Below, piece by piece: positions 54,831 through 64,000 of a stretch of DNA of 64,000 nucleotides. The translations under genes were made by a program, and so were the position numbers. The stretch is from assembly GCA_963748015.1 (NCBI GenBank), contig CAVVHE010000008.1, positions 512,001 through 576,000 of the forward strand, given 5' to 3'. Below the pieces are notes generated by a model. That model worked only from the letters and a program-made list of their open reading frames with translations, was not told the origin of the DNA and did not search any database. Source of the stretch: Terriglobia bacterium (GTDB lineage: Bacteria; Acidobacteriota; Polarisedimenticolia; Polarisedimenticolales; JAIQFR01). Each line of letters starts with the position of its first letter. Position 1 is the stretch's first letter.

Positions 54831-56354
54831 CTACTTCATGACGACCACGCGGTTCTTCCCGGACCGCTTGGCCTCGTAGACCGCGTCGTCGGTGCGCTTG
54901 ATGAACGACTCCGGATCCTCGCCCTTCCGGAACGCGGTCACGCCGATGCTCCCCGTGATCTTGCGCGTCTCGCCGCCGCCGAGGGAGAGGACGAGCCTCT
55001 CCGAGGCCTGGGTCGCCAGCGCGCTCCGGAGCCGCTCGGCCGCGATCGCGGCGCCGTCGGGCCCGGTCTCGGGCATGATGACGACGAACTCCTCCCCGCC
55101 GTAGCGCGACGCGACGTCGATCTCCGTCTCCTTCATGATCACGGTCTCGTCGTAGCGGCGGATGTTCCTACGGATCGTCCGCGCGACCTCCCTGAGCGCC
55201 TCGTCCCCCTTCAGGTGGCCGAAGGTGTCGTTGATCCCCTTGAAGTCGTCGAGGTCGATCATGATGAGCGACAGCGGGCGCGCGTAGCGCGAGGCGCGGG
55301 ACATCTCGATCGTCAGCCTCTCGTAGAAGTAGCGGTAGTTGTGGAGGCCGGTCAGGGCGTCGGTGACCGCCATCTCCTCGACGGCCGCGTACATCCGCGC
55401 GTTGTGGATCCCCACCGCGACCTGGGCGCTCACGATCGAGAGGAGACGCTCGTCGTCGTGGTCGAAGGCGTTCTCCGTGCGGCTCTCGACGGTCAAGACC
55501 CCGAGGAGCACGCCCTCGAAGAGGATGGGAGCGGCGATCTCGGAGCGGACGTCCTCGATCCCCGACGCGATGTACCCCGGGTGGCGGCGCACGTCCCCGA
55601 CGTTGACGCACCGCTTCTCCCGCGCGCACTCGCCCGTGATCCCTTCGCCGATCGGGATCTCGAGGCCCGGGAGGTCGGCGGGGAACTCGCCGGTCGCCGC
55701 CTTGAGCCGGAGATGGCCCTCCTCCACCTCGAGGAGCGCGCAGGAGTCGTAGTGGAGGCGCTCGCGAACCTGGCCGACGATCGTGGCGAAGAGCTCTTCG
55801 GTGCTCCGGATGGTGAGCAGCTGGATCCCGATCTCCTGGACCAGCTCGAGCTGGGTGCGCACCTGGGCGTTGTGGAGGGCCACGCCGAGCTGGTTCGCGA
55901 GGATCTTGAGGACGTGGACGTCGCGATCGCCGAAGGCGTTCTCGCGCGTGCTCTGCGTGTTGAGCACGCCGAGGACCTTCTCGCGGAAGATGATCGGTAT
56001 GTCCAGCTCGGAGCGGAAGATCCCGTCGCCGAGGTGGATGTAGTGCTCGCAGCGCGCGAGGTCGGGAACGATCGTCTCTTTCTTGCCGAGCGCGCAGCGG
56101 CCGGTGAGCCCCTGGCCGAGTGGAATCCGCTTGCCGATGATCGCCTCCGGGTACTCGGTGACCGCCCGGATGACGAGGTCGTTCCCTTCCTTGAGAAGCA
56201 GGCTGCAGTAGGAGTAGCCCAGCGACCGCTTGATGCTCTCGGCGGTCAGCAGGAGGAGCCGCTGCAGGTCGAGCTCGGCGCTGATGTCGAGTCCGATCCG
56301 GAGGATCAGCTCCATCTCTTCGGACGATGCGTGGGCCGCTTTCGTCACGTCCAT
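54831..56354 (-). CDS. Diguanylate cyclase with two GAF domains
   Basis: Two G.G.TG.CA...RSE...PI...LGVL GAF repeats; TDALTGL.N, MIDLDDFK.INDTFGH..GD, RYGGEEF. Confidence 0.93.
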   Translation of the reverse strand: MDVTKAAHASSEEMELILRIGLDISAELDLQRLLLLTAESIKRSLGYSYCSLLLKEGNDLVIRAVTEYPEAIIGKRIPLGQGLTGRCALGKKETIVPDLARCEHYIHLGDGIFRSELDIPIIFREKVLGVLNTQSTRENAFGDRDVHVLKILANQLGVALHNAQVRTQLELVQEIGIQLLTIRSTEELFATIVGQVRERLHYDSCALLEVEEGHLRLKAATGEFPADLPGLEIPIGEGITGECAREKRCVNVGDVRRHPGYIASGIEDVRSEIAAPILFEGVLLGVLTVESRTENAFDHDDERLLSIVSAQVAVGIHNARMYAAVEEMAVTDALTGLHNYRYFYERLTIEMSRASRYARPLSLIMIDLDDFKGINDTFGHLKGDEALREVARTIRRNIRRYDETVIMKETEIDVASRYGGEEFVVIMPETGPDGAAIAAERLRSALATQASERLVLSLGGGETRKITGSIGVTAFRKGEDPESFIKRTDDAVYEAKRSGKNRVVVMK

Positions 56355-56407
56355 GCTCTCGCCACACGGCACCAAGGTGCACCGGGAAAACCCCGGCTGT
56401 CGCCCCG

Positions 56408-56436
56408 AATATAGTTACCGCCCAGGGGAAAGACAA
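56408..56436 (-). promoter_or_regulatory. Putative sigma70-type promoter TTGTCT-N17-TATATT
   Basis: Near-consensus hexamers with 17-bp spacing upstream of the diguanylate cyclase. Confidence 0.5.
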
Positions 56437-56465
56437 ACCTCGGGAACGGCGGCAGGCGGGTCCCT

Positions 56466-57329
56466 CTACCGCTTCACGAACGTTCCCTCGGCGAGGTCGC
56501 GGAGCGCCTGCTGGATCTCCTCCCGCGTGTTCATGACGAACGGTCCGTGGCGGGTAACCGGCTCGCCGAGCGGCCGGCCGGAGAGCAGAAGGAGCCGGGC
56601 CGGAGCGCCCGCGGTCTCGACGCGCACCCCGTCTCCGTCTCCGAGGACCGCGAGCCGCGTCGCGGCGACCATCGTCCCGCCGGCGCCGCCGGCCGCGGCC
56701 CCGAGCACCGCCGCTCCCTCGAAGACGTACGCGATCGCGGAGTGGCCTCGCGGAACCGGCTGCTCGAACGAGCGGCCCGCGGGTAGGGAGACGTCGAGGT
56801 AGGTGGGCTCGGCGAAGATCTCCGTCACGGCCCCGCGCACGCCCTCCGCCTCCCCCGCGATGACGCGGATCCGGACGCCGTCCCCGCGCGAGACCACCGG
56901 GATGCTCGCCGACGGCACGTCCTGGTACCTCGGCCGGGTCATCTTGAGCTTGGCCGGCAGGTTCACCCAGACCTGGAAGCCGTCGAGCCGCTCCCCGCCG
57001 GCCTGCGGCATCTCCTCGTGCATGATCCCGCTCCCCGCGGTCATCCACTGGACGTCCCCCGGCCCGATCGTCCCCGCGTTGCCGAGGCTGTCCTTGTGGG
57101 CGACCCTCCCGCCGAGCATGTAGGTCACGGTCTCTATGCCGCGATGCGGGTGCATGGGGAAGCCGGCCAGGTAGTCCTTCGGGTCGTCCGAGCCGAAGTG
57201 GTCGAAGAGCAGGAAGGGGTCCACGAGGTCGAGGCGGCGCGTCGCGATGCTGCGCCTCAACCGGACCCCGGCGCCCTCGATCACGGGCATCGGGTCGATC
57301 ACGTCCACGACTTTTCTCGGTGCGTCCAT
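56466..57329 (-). CDS. Pirin family protein
   Basis: DPFLLFDH, HPHRG.ETVTY, QWMTAGSGI.H.E, Q.WVNLP, GPFVMN. Confidence 0.95.
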   Translation of the reverse strand: MDAPRKVVDVIDPMPVIEGAGVRLRRSIATRRLDLVDPFLLFDHFGSDDPKDYLAGFPMHPHRGIETVTYMLGGRVAHKDSLGNAGTIGPGDVQWMTAGSGIMHEEMPQAGGERLDGFQVWVNLPAKLKMTRPRYQDVPSASIPVVSRGDGVRIRVIAGEAEGVRGAVTEIFAEPTYLDVSLPAGRSFEQPVPRGHSAIAYVFEGAAVLGAAAGGAGGTMVAATRLAVLGDGDGVRVETAGAPARLLLLSGRPLGEPVTRHGPFVMNTREEIQQALRDLAEGTFVKR

Positions 57330-57346
57330 TCGGTCCTCCCGGGTTC

Positions 57347-57375
57347 TTGCCGCCGCGCGTCGCGGAGATCATACT
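57347..57375 (+). promoter_or_regulatory. Putative promoter TTGCCG-N17-CATACT for rlmKL
   Basis: Hexamers at 57347-57352 and 57370-57375, followed by GGAGG at 57387-57391. Confidence 0.5.
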
Positions 57376-57397
57376 TCCGGCTTCCCGGAGGCCCACC

Positions 57398-59542
57398 ACG
57401 AAAACCACCGAGACGTCCCGGTTCTTCGCCACCGCGTCCCGCGGAACGGAGGAGGTCCTCGCGGGGGAGCTGCGGGAGCTCGGGATCCCGGCCGTCGAGG
57501 AGCGGCGGGGTGGCGTCGCCTTCGGCGAGAGCCTCGAGGACGCCTACCGCGCCTGCCTCTGGTCGCGCGTGGCGAGCCGGGTCCTGCTTCCGCTCGCGCG
57601 CTTCGAGGCCGACTCCGCCGCCGCGCTCTACGAGGCGGTCCACGCCATCGAGTGGACGGCCCACGCCGGACCCGACAAGACGATCGCCGTGGACGTCGCG
57701 GGGGGCGACTCGCCCGCGGGACCGCCGCACTACATCGCGCTCAAGACGAAGGACGCCGTCGTGGACCGCGTCCGGGAAGCGGAAGGCGCGCGCCCCGACG
57801 TCGACACCGCGAATCCCGATCTCCGCATCAACGTCCACCTCGCCGGCCGGTCGGTCACCGTGAGCGTCGACCTCGCGGGGCAGAGCCTCCACCACCGCGG
57901 GATCGACCGGGAGGGAGCGGCGGCCCCGCTCAAGGAGAACCTCGCCGGAGCGCTTCTCCGGATCGCGGGGTGGCACGCGCGGTGCGCCGCGGAGCCGCTC
58001 TTCGATCCTCTCTGCGGCTCGGGGACGATCCTGGTCGAGGCGGTGTGGATGGCGCTCGACCGGGCGCCAGGCCTCGAGCGGGGCAGGATCGGGGCGGAAG
58101 GCTGGAGGGGGCACGACCGCTCGCTCTGGGAGCGTCTCCGCGCCGAGGCCCGCGAGAGGCGCGACGCGGCGCGGGATCGTCCCGTGAGGATCGCCGGCTC
58201 CGACGCGTCGCGCACCGCGGTCAAGACGGCGCGCGACAACCTGAAGCGCGCCGGCGCGGGATCGCGCGTCCGGGTGGAGCTGCGCGAGCTCCGTGACGTC
58301 GAGGCGCCGTGGCCGGGCGCCGGGCTCGTCGTCACGAACCCCCCGTACGGCGCCCGCCTCGGCGAAGCGGGGGAGCTGGGACCGCTCTACGAGCTGCTCG
58401 GCGACGTGCTCAAGCGGCGGCTCCCGGGATGGACCGCCTGGATCCTCTCGGGGAATCCCGCGCTGACCAAGCGGATCGGCCTCAAGCCCGCGTCGAGGCG
58501 CATCCTGCACAACGGGCCGATCGAGTGCCGCTTCCTCGAGATCCCGATCGCCGAAGCCCCCGTGACCGGGGCGCAGGGACCGGGGTGGCGGCGTCCGACC
58601 GACGAGGCGCTCGCGTTCGCGAGGCGGCTCGCGAAGAACCGGCGCCTGCTCGAGCCGTGGGCGAAGGAGCTCGGCCTGACGTGCTACCGCCTCTACGACA
58701 CCGACATGCCGGAATTCAATCTGTCGGTGGACTGGTACGACGGCGCGGTCCGCGTCGAGGAGTACTCGGCGCCGCGGAAAGTGCCGGCGGAGACGGCCGA
58801 GCGGCGGCTTCGCGACGCGATGCTCGTCGTGCCGGAAGCGCTCGGCGTCGCTCTCGCCGACGTCGTGCTCCGCGTGCGGAGCCGCCGGGCGGCGGGGGAG
58901 CAGCACGAGAAACGCGACGACCGGCGAAATTTCCGCGAGGTGCGCGAGGGCGGCCTCCGCTTCCTGGTCAACCTCACGGACTACCTCGACACGGGCCTGT
59001 TCCTGGACGACCGCCTCCTGCGGGAGCGGATCCGGGCCCGTGCCCGCGGTCGCGACGTCCTGAACCTGTTCGCCTACACGTGCGCCGCGTCGGTCGCCGC
59101 CGCTGCGGGGGAGGCGCGGTCCACGACGAGCGTCGACCTCTCGAACGCCTACCTCGCCTGGGGGCGCCGCAACTTCGCCTTGAACGGTTTCGACGCGCCC
59201 CGCCACCGGTTCCTCCGGGAGGACGCCGTTCGATGGCTCGAGCGGGGCGGCGACGGACGGCGCTACGGGCTGATCTTCGCCGCGCCGCCCACCTACTCGA
59301 CGTCGAAGGGGATGGACGGGGACTTCGACGTCCAGCGGGACCACGTGGACCTTCTCTTCCGCTGCGCGGGCCTGCTCGCTCCCGACGGAGAGCTCCTGTT
59401 CGCGACGAACTCGAAGGACTTCGCTCTCGACGAGGAGCGGCTGCGCGACCTCGAGGCGCGGGAGCTCACGGGCGAGATCACGCCCCGCGACTTCGAGCGC
59501 CGCCCCCGGATCCGCGCCTGGACCCTTCGCCTGCGCGGTTGA
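57398..59542 (+). CDS. rlmKL: Bifunctional 23S rRNA methyltransferase RlmKL; start codon appears to be ACG
   Basis: CLWSR.ASR, THUMP region, SLH.RG...APLKENLA, DP.CGSGT, NPPYG, YRLYD.D.PE, VNL.DYLDTGLFLD.R, LNLF.YT. Confidence 0.92.
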   Translation, partial: TKTTETSRFFATASRGTEEVLAGELRELGIPAVEERRGGVAFGESLEDAYRACLWSRVASRVLLPLARFEADSAAALYEAVHAIEWTAHAGPDKTIAVDVAGGDSPAGPPHYIALKTKDAVVDRVREAEGARPDVDTANPDLRINVHLAGRSVTVSVDLAGQSLHHRGIDREGAAAPLKENLAGALLRIAGWHARCAAEPLFDPLCGSGTILVEAVWMALDRAPGLERGRIGAEGWRGHDRSLWERLRAEARERRDAARDRPVRIAGSDASRTAVKTARDNLKRAGAGSRVRVELRELRDVEAPWPGAGLVVTNPPYGARLGEAGELGPLYELLGDVLKRRLPGWTAWILSGNPALTKRIGLKPASRRILHNGPIECRFLEIPIAEAPVTGAQGPGWRRPTDEALAFARRLAKNRRLLEPWAKELGLTCYRLYDTDMPEFNLSVDWYDGAVRVEEYSAPRKVPAETAERRLRDAMLVVPEALGVALADVVLRVRSRRAAGEQHEKRDDRRNFREVREGGLRFLVNLTDYLDTGLFLDDRLLRERIRARARGRDVLNLFAYTCAASVAAAAGEARSTTSVDLSNAYLAWGRRNFALNGFDAPRHRFLREDAVRWLERGGDGRRYGLIFAAPPTYSTSKGMDGDFDVQRDHVDLLFRCAGLLAPDGELLFATNSKDFALDEERLRDLEARELTGEITPRDFERRPRIRAWTLRLRG

Positions 59543-59543
59543 G

Positions 59544-61364
59544 CTAACCCTGGTCTTCGCGCATGCGTTCGAACATCGAGAAGGTCACGGGCTTGGCCGG
59601 GATCTCCATGCGGCGGAATTGCCGCTCGGCCAGCCGGTATGCGGCGAGCACGAGCAGCACGCCGGCGGCCCACGCCGCGGCGGTCCAGGCCGCGCTTCCG
59701 GCGAGCTTTCCGAGCGGTATCTCGAAGAAGGCGCGCAGCAGCCAGGGACGCGAGAAGCCGGCGACCAGCGCGATCACCTGGAGGAGCATCGGGGAGATCA
59801 GGAGGGCCAGGCTGCTCCAGTAGATGGCTTTCCGGGCCCCGTCCGGAATCGTGGCGCGGTAGCCGCGGAACAGCGCGGCGACGAGGAGCAGCCACGGCAC
59901 GATGGCGAGGGCCATCAGGACCGGGACGACCGGCCCGGTTCGCGGGAAGAGGCCCGGGTGCTCCGCGCGGATGGGGAGACTCTTGTAACGCCCCGCGACG
60001 GTGCCGTCGGGACGCGCCTCGAGCCAGCGCCGCTCGATCTCGCCGGGAGGGAGCGACAGCCCGTACGCGGCCTCGGCGGCGCGGCTGAGCTGGAGCGCCA
60101 CGAAGCCGGCGGAGCTTCCGGCCGGCGCGTCGTAGGGCGACCCGATCGCGGCGCGGCTGCCGCGGAAGAGCGGCGTGCGCTCCGCCGGATGCGACTCGCC
60201 CCAGGGCGAGGTGACGTCGGGAACCCGGCCGTCCCAGGCGAACTCGTGGAGGCCGAGGGGCACGCGGACCGACCAGCTGCCCTTCTTCTCGTCCTGCACG
60301 AAGTCCACCAGCTCCGTTCGAACGCCGTAGCGCGCCTCCACGAGGGCCCCGAAGCTCCAAGCGGTCAAGAAGACGAGCGCGCCCGGCAGCACCAGGCCGG
60401 CGAACAGGCGTCGTCTCGAGAGCGGCAGGGGATCGAGACCCTGCAGCCGGGCGAGCCTCGGCAGGACGAAGCTGAAGAGCATGTAGGTCGCGAGCGGGAT
60501 GTAGACGTAGCGAAGGTCCCTGAGGTCCGCCTCGTCCTTCCAGATCGAGAGAGCGCCCCCGAGGAACAGCCCGAACCCGACGATGAAGGGATAGGCGGCC
60601 AGCTCCTTCGCCCCGCAGCTCAGGCAGCGGAGGATCGCGAGCCAATCGCGCCAATCCAGCCGGCCTGGCGCGCTACCGGCCTTTTCCGGGTAATGGACCC
60701 CGGCAACGGCCCGCGCCGCACTCCCGCCGTTCCGCGGCACGATCACGAACGCCCGCGGCACGGACCGGTACCCCCAAGCGAGCGCGGCGCCTGCGAGGAG
60801 CAGCAGCAGGAGCGCCACGGCGGGCCCCGAGCTCCCGAGCGCGATCATCAGGCCGAGAACGCCGAACAGTACGGCGGCGTCCCACGCGACGTTGCCGGGG
60901 GTCACCGGGATGCGGGCGAGCGATGGCGCGGGCCGCTGCAGCAACACCGCGGCGAGGAGCATTCCGCTCTCGAGGAGGAGTGCGAGGCCGCCGAGCCCGG
61001 GGGCTCGCGGGTCGGGTCCGCCTCCCAGTGACGACGGGAGGGCGGCCATCGCGACGCACGACGCCACGAGGATCGTGCCCGCGAGGGCGATCGCGGCGAG
61101 ATGCGCGAGCCAGATCCGGCGGGCCGAGATCGGGAGCGCCAGGTCGAACGCGCGGCAGCGCGATCTTCCGGCGCCCACCCCGAGGTACAGCGCGAACGTG
61201 AACCAGCCGAGAAGCACCATCGCGATCGGGGATACGCTCTCGCGGCGCCCGAGCGCGATCGTCGTCAGGAGTCCCGTGAAGACGCCGGCGTTGAGAATCA
61301 GGACGACCCCCCAAGCGGGGAACCTCCGCCACGCGTCGTCGTATCGGATGCCGGCGGGGATCAT
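59544..61364 (-). CDS. Multi-pass membrane protein, probable ABC transporter permease
   Basis: ATGA overlap with the ABC ATPase; two LP(I/L)S.RR motifs typical of ABC-2-type permease halves. Confidence 0.65.
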   Translation of the reverse strand: MIPAGIRYDDAWRRFPAWGVVLILNAGVFTGLLTTIALGRRESVSPIAMVLLGWFTFALYLGVGAGRSRCRAFDLALPISARRIWLAHLAAIALAGTILVASCVAMAALPSSLGGGPDPRAPGLGGLALLLESGMLLAAVLLQRPAPSLARIPVTPGNVAWDAAVLFGVLGLMIALGSSGPAVALLLLLLAGAALAWGYRSVPRAFVIVPRNGGSAARAVAGVHYPEKAGSAPGRLDWRDWLAILRCLSCGAKELAAYPFIVGFGLFLGGALSIWKDEADLRDLRYVYIPLATYMLFSFVLPRLARLQGLDPLPLSRRRLFAGLVLPGALVFLTAWSFGALVEARYGVRTELVDFVQDEKKGSWSVRVPLGLHEFAWDGRVPDVTSPWGESHPAERTPLFRGSRAAIGSPYDAPAGSSAGFVALQLSRAAEAAYGLSLPPGEIERRWLEARPDGTVAGRYKSLPIRAEHPGLFPRTGPVVPVLMALAIVPWLLLVAALFRGYRATIPDGARKAIYWSSLALLISPMLLQVIALVAGFSRPWLLRAFFEIPLGKLAGSAAWTAAAWAAGVLLVLAAYRLAERQFRRMEIPAKPVTFSMFERMREDQG

Positions 61365-62254
61365 GACCGGCCTCCCGCCAGCTCGACGAACATGTCCTCG
61401 AGCGGGATCGCGCGGCAGGGCACGTCCTCGAGCCCCAGCTTCTCCCGCAGCACGGCGCGAGCCTCGGCGGGGGACAGCCGGAGGATGGCGTGCCACCCGT
61501 CTAGCCTGTCGCGCACTCCCAGGCAGCCGTCGAGCGCGAGAAGGCGCTCGCGGCCCGCGACGGCGTCCTTCGGCACCATCACGAGGGCGAATCCCTCGCG
61601 CAGCTCGTCGAGCCCGTTGTCGACGAGGACCTTGCCTCCGTGGATCATGACGATCCGGTCGGCCATGCGCTCGACGTCGGTCATGTAGTGCGAGGAGAAC
61701 AGGATCGAGGTTCCCGACTCGTTCAGCAGCCGGATCGACGTCTCGAGGAACTCCCGCCGCGCGGCGGGATCGAGGCCGCTCGCGGGCTCGTCGAGGAGGA
61801 GCAGCTCGGGGCGGTGCGCGACGGCGCACAGCAGCGCGGTCCGCCGCGCCTGTCCCTTGCTGAGCGTCCGGATCTTCGCCCCGAGAGGCAGCTCGAAGCG
61901 GTCCAGGAGATCGCGCGCCATCGCGTCGTCCCAGGAGGGATACAGCCCGCGGTGGAGGGCGACGACCTGCTTCACGGTGAGGAAGGGCGGGAGGATCTGG
62001 TCCTCGGCGACGTACCCCACGCGCCGTTTCAGCTCGACCGGCGACTCGCGCGGGTCGAGCCCGAGCACGCGGACCTTTCCGCCGCGCGGCTCCATCATCC
62101 CCATCGCGACGCGAATCAGGGTGGTCTTCCCGGCCCCGTTCTTCCCGAGGAGGCCGACCACCTCGCCCGGCTCCATCGAGAAGCCGATCCCGGCGAGGAC
62201 CTCCTTGTCCCCGGCGTACGCGCAGCGGATTCCGTCGAACTCGAGCGCCTTCAT
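61361..62254 (-). CDS. ABC transporter ATP-binding protein (YtrB-like)
   Basis: GKNGAGKT, LSKGQ, LLLDEP, FSSH. Confidence 0.95.
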   Translation of the reverse strand: MKALEFDGIRCAYAGDKEVLAGIGFSMEPGEVVGLLGKNGAGKTTLIRVAMGMMEPRGGKVRVLGLDPRESPVELKRRVGYVAEDQILPPFLTVKQVVALHRGLYPSWDDAMARDLLDRFELPLGAKIRTLSKGQARRTALLCAVAHRPELLLLDEPASGLDPAARREFLETSIRLLNESGTSILFSSHYMTDVERMADRIVMIHGGKVLVDNGLDELREGFALVMVPKDAVAGRERLLALDGCLGVRDRLDGWHAILRLSPAEARAVLREKLGLEDVPCRAIPLEDMFVELAGGRS

Positions 62255-62640
62255 GGCTCCATTCCTTTCTGCATCTCGCGGAGCAGGTCGAGAACCTCCG
62301 CAAAGGGCACCCGGCTGAGCGCGGCCTGCGAGAGCAGGCGCTGCGCGGCGTCCCGCAAGCGCTCGAGCTTTTCCCCGGGCGCCCCGACGGGAAGCCGCTC
62401 GCTCACGAAAGTCCCTCGCCCCCGCTGCGTCTCGATCAGCCCCTGTTGCTCCAGCTCGTCGTATGCCTTCTTCACGGTCAACGGTGCGATCACGAGTGCC
62501 TCCGCCAGGTCCCGGTGCGAGAGCAGCTTCTCGCCCGGCGCGAGGCGTCCGCCGGCGATCGCGTCGAGGATCTGGCGGACGATTTGCCGGTAGATCGGGA
62601 GCTCGTCTCCGGGATGGACGTGGATTTGCATGGCCATCAT
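62251..62640 (-). CDS. GntR family regulator, YtrA subfamily
   Basis: PIY.QI..QI...I..G.L.PG.KL.S.R.LA..L...P.TV.KAY..LE..G......G.GTFV with a very short C-terminal domain. Confidence 0.93.
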   Translation of the reverse strand: MMAMQIHVHPGDELPIYRQIVRQILDAIAGGRLAPGEKLLSHRDLAEALVIAPLTVKKAYDELEQQGLIETQRGRGTFVSERLPVGAPGEKLERLRDAAQRLLSQAALSRVPFAEVLDLLREMQKGMEP

Positions 62641-62644
62641 CGCC

Positions 62645-63478
62645 TCATCTCGGCCCGGCGTTGTGGCTGGCCTCGCCCACCGGGCGCGGCCCGGCGCTGC
62701 GCGGGCTCCTGACGCGGACCGCGACGACCGTGAGGTCGTCCGCGGAGGCGCCGCCGCAGAAAGCCGTCGCCTCGTCCGCGACGGCGCGGACGAGGGCGCC
62801 CGCCCTGAGGTCCCGGTGGGCCTCGAGCGAGGAGAGGAGAAGGTCGCCGAACGTCTCGCCGCGAGCGTCCACGGCCTCCGTGACGCCGTCGCTGACGACG
62901 AGAAGGAGATCGCCCTCGGCGAGCGCCGTTTCAGCGGTCGCGCAGGTCCAGTCCTCGAACAGGCCCAGGACGGTCGCGGTCGGCTCGAGCCGCTCGGGGC
63001 GGAGGCCGGAGCGCAGGAGGAGGGGAGGAACGTGGCCGCAGTTGGCGTACCGGAGGCGGCCGGTGGCGTCGTCGTACTCCCCGACGAAGAGGCTGGCGTA
63101 GTGCTCGGAGGCCGTGCACTCGACGAAGAAGCGGTTGACGGATTCGAGGCGCCGCTCGAGCCCGCCCGACGCCAGCGCGTAGTGGCTGCGCAGGCTCGCC
63201 TGGAGCGTCGCCATCATGAGGGCCGCTGGAACGCCCTTCCCGGAAACGTCGCCGAGAACCACGGCGACGCGACCCGGCGCCACGTCGAGGAAGTCGTAGA
63301 AATCGCCTCCGACCCCCCGCTCCTGGAGGCAGAGCCCCGCACGCTCCAGCCGTCCGGCTCCCGCCGCGACGCTCGGCAGCAGCCGGGACTGCACGCGTCG
63401 AGCCGACCGCATCTCGTCCGCGTGCGACCACCCCGGTCCGGGCCTCGTAGCCGCCGCACTCGATGGGAGAGGAGCCAT
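62645..63478 (-). CDS. Stand-alone PP2C/SpoIIE (RsbU-like) Ser/Thr phosphatase
   Basis: VGGDFYD, GDVSGKG.PAA, Y.NCGH, SDGVTEA, DDLT; AGGAGGT RBS. Confidence 0.92.
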   Translation of the reverse strand: MAPLPSSAAATRPGPGWSHADEMRSARRVQSRLLPSVAAGAGRLERAGLCLQERGVGGDFYDFLDVAPGRVAVVLGDVSGKGVPAALMMATLQASLRSHYALASGGLERRLESVNRFFVECTASEHYASLFVGEYDDATGRLRYANCGHVPPLLLRSGLRPERLEPTATVLGLFEDWTCATAETALAEGDLLLVVSDGVTEAVDARGETFGDLLLSSLEAHRDLRAGALVRAVADEATAFCGGASADDLTVVAVRVRSPRSAGPRPVGEASHNAGPR

Positions 63479-63489
63479 CTCGACCTCCT

Positions 63490-63537
63490 GTGACCTAGTG
63501 ACATAGAACACTATATCGCCAATTCACAGGATGTCAA
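63490..63537 (-). promoter_or_regulatory. Promoter TTGACA-N16-TATAGT with overlapping dyad, probable YtrA-type operator
   Basis: Minus strand GTGTTCTA-tgtcac-TAGGTCAC (63490-63511) overlaps the -10 / start-site region. Confidence 0.65.
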
Positions 63538-63586
63538 GAACTTTCTTTCGGGTGGAAAGCGACCCCGGAAAGGCCCCGCCGGCCGG

Positions 63587-63620
63587 AAACAAGAAGGGGC
63601 GCCTCCGAGGAGGCGCCCCT
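63587..63620 (-). terminator. Intrinsic terminator after the RRM gene
   Basis: AGGGGCGCCTC-cgag-GAGGCGCCCCT stem, then TCTTGTTT on the minus strand. Confidence 0.75.
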
Positions 63621-63648
63621 GAGCAGAATCGCTGTCCAGCCGGCGGGA

Positions 63649-63984
63649 CTAGAAGCGACGGTTGCCGCCGCCGCCACCGCCACGGCCGCGTCCGCCGCCA
63701 CCGCCGCCACCAAAGCCGCCGCCACCGCCGCCGGTGCGCTCGCGCGCCTCGTTCACGGTCAGGGCGCGGCCGCCGAAATCGGCGCCGTTGAGGTCGCGGA
63801 TCGCGCTGTCGGCATCCTCGTTGCTGCCCATCTCGACGAAGCCGAAGCCCCTCGGCCGTCCGGTGTCGCGGTCGGTCACGAGCTTGACCTCGCTGACCGT
63901 GCGCCCACCCTGGGCGAAGAGGTCGCGGATCTGGTTCTCATCCGCGCTGAAAGGGAGGTTGCCGACGTAGAGTCTGGTACCCAT
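63649..63984 (-). CDS. RRM RNA-binding protein with glycine-rich tail
   Basis: RNP2 LYVGNL, RNP1 RGFGFVEM, L.VNEAR, poly-Gly/RGG tail. Confidence 0.96.
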   Translation of the reverse strand: MGTRLYVGNLPFSADENQIRDLFAQGGRTVSEVKLVTDRDTGRPRGFGFVEMGSNEDADSAIRDLNGADFGGRALTVNEARERTGGGGGGFGGGGGGGRGRGGGGGGNRRF

Positions 63985-64000
63985 GTCTCGAACTCCTGGC

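Overview
Very GC-rich bacterial window. The gene content resembles Acidobacteriota, but that is an inference. Scattered single-base frameshifts, one in a homopolymer, suggest a long-read or metagenomic assembly. Main content: (1) a copper cluster (TonB receptor fragment, multicopper oxidase, CusB/CusA); (2) five secreted proteins (three giant 14-repeat kelch-like proteins, an SBBP propeller and a matrixin-like protease) that share an uncharacterised ~100-aa C-terminal domain ending in Cys-Pro/Ser-stop; (3) many peptidases (S46, M1, M13, M10); (4) three GT-C-type membrane glycosyltransferases and a sulfatase/arylsulfotransferase pair; (5) housekeeping and regulatory genes (panE, rlmKL, pirin, GAF-GAF-GGDEF, RsbW/RsbU-like, a YtrA-type ABC operon, an RRM protein). 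The best-supported highlight is a complete IS110-family (IS1111-type) element at 18844-20393. It has sub-terminal inverted repeats, an AG core at both ends and a structured downstream non-coding RNA. The two internal loops of that RNA match the insertion target and the element's own circle junction (a bridge/seekRNA). The target is a REP-like palindrome, and a second, empty copy lies at 51395-51454. No rRNA, tRNA or CRISPR array was seen.
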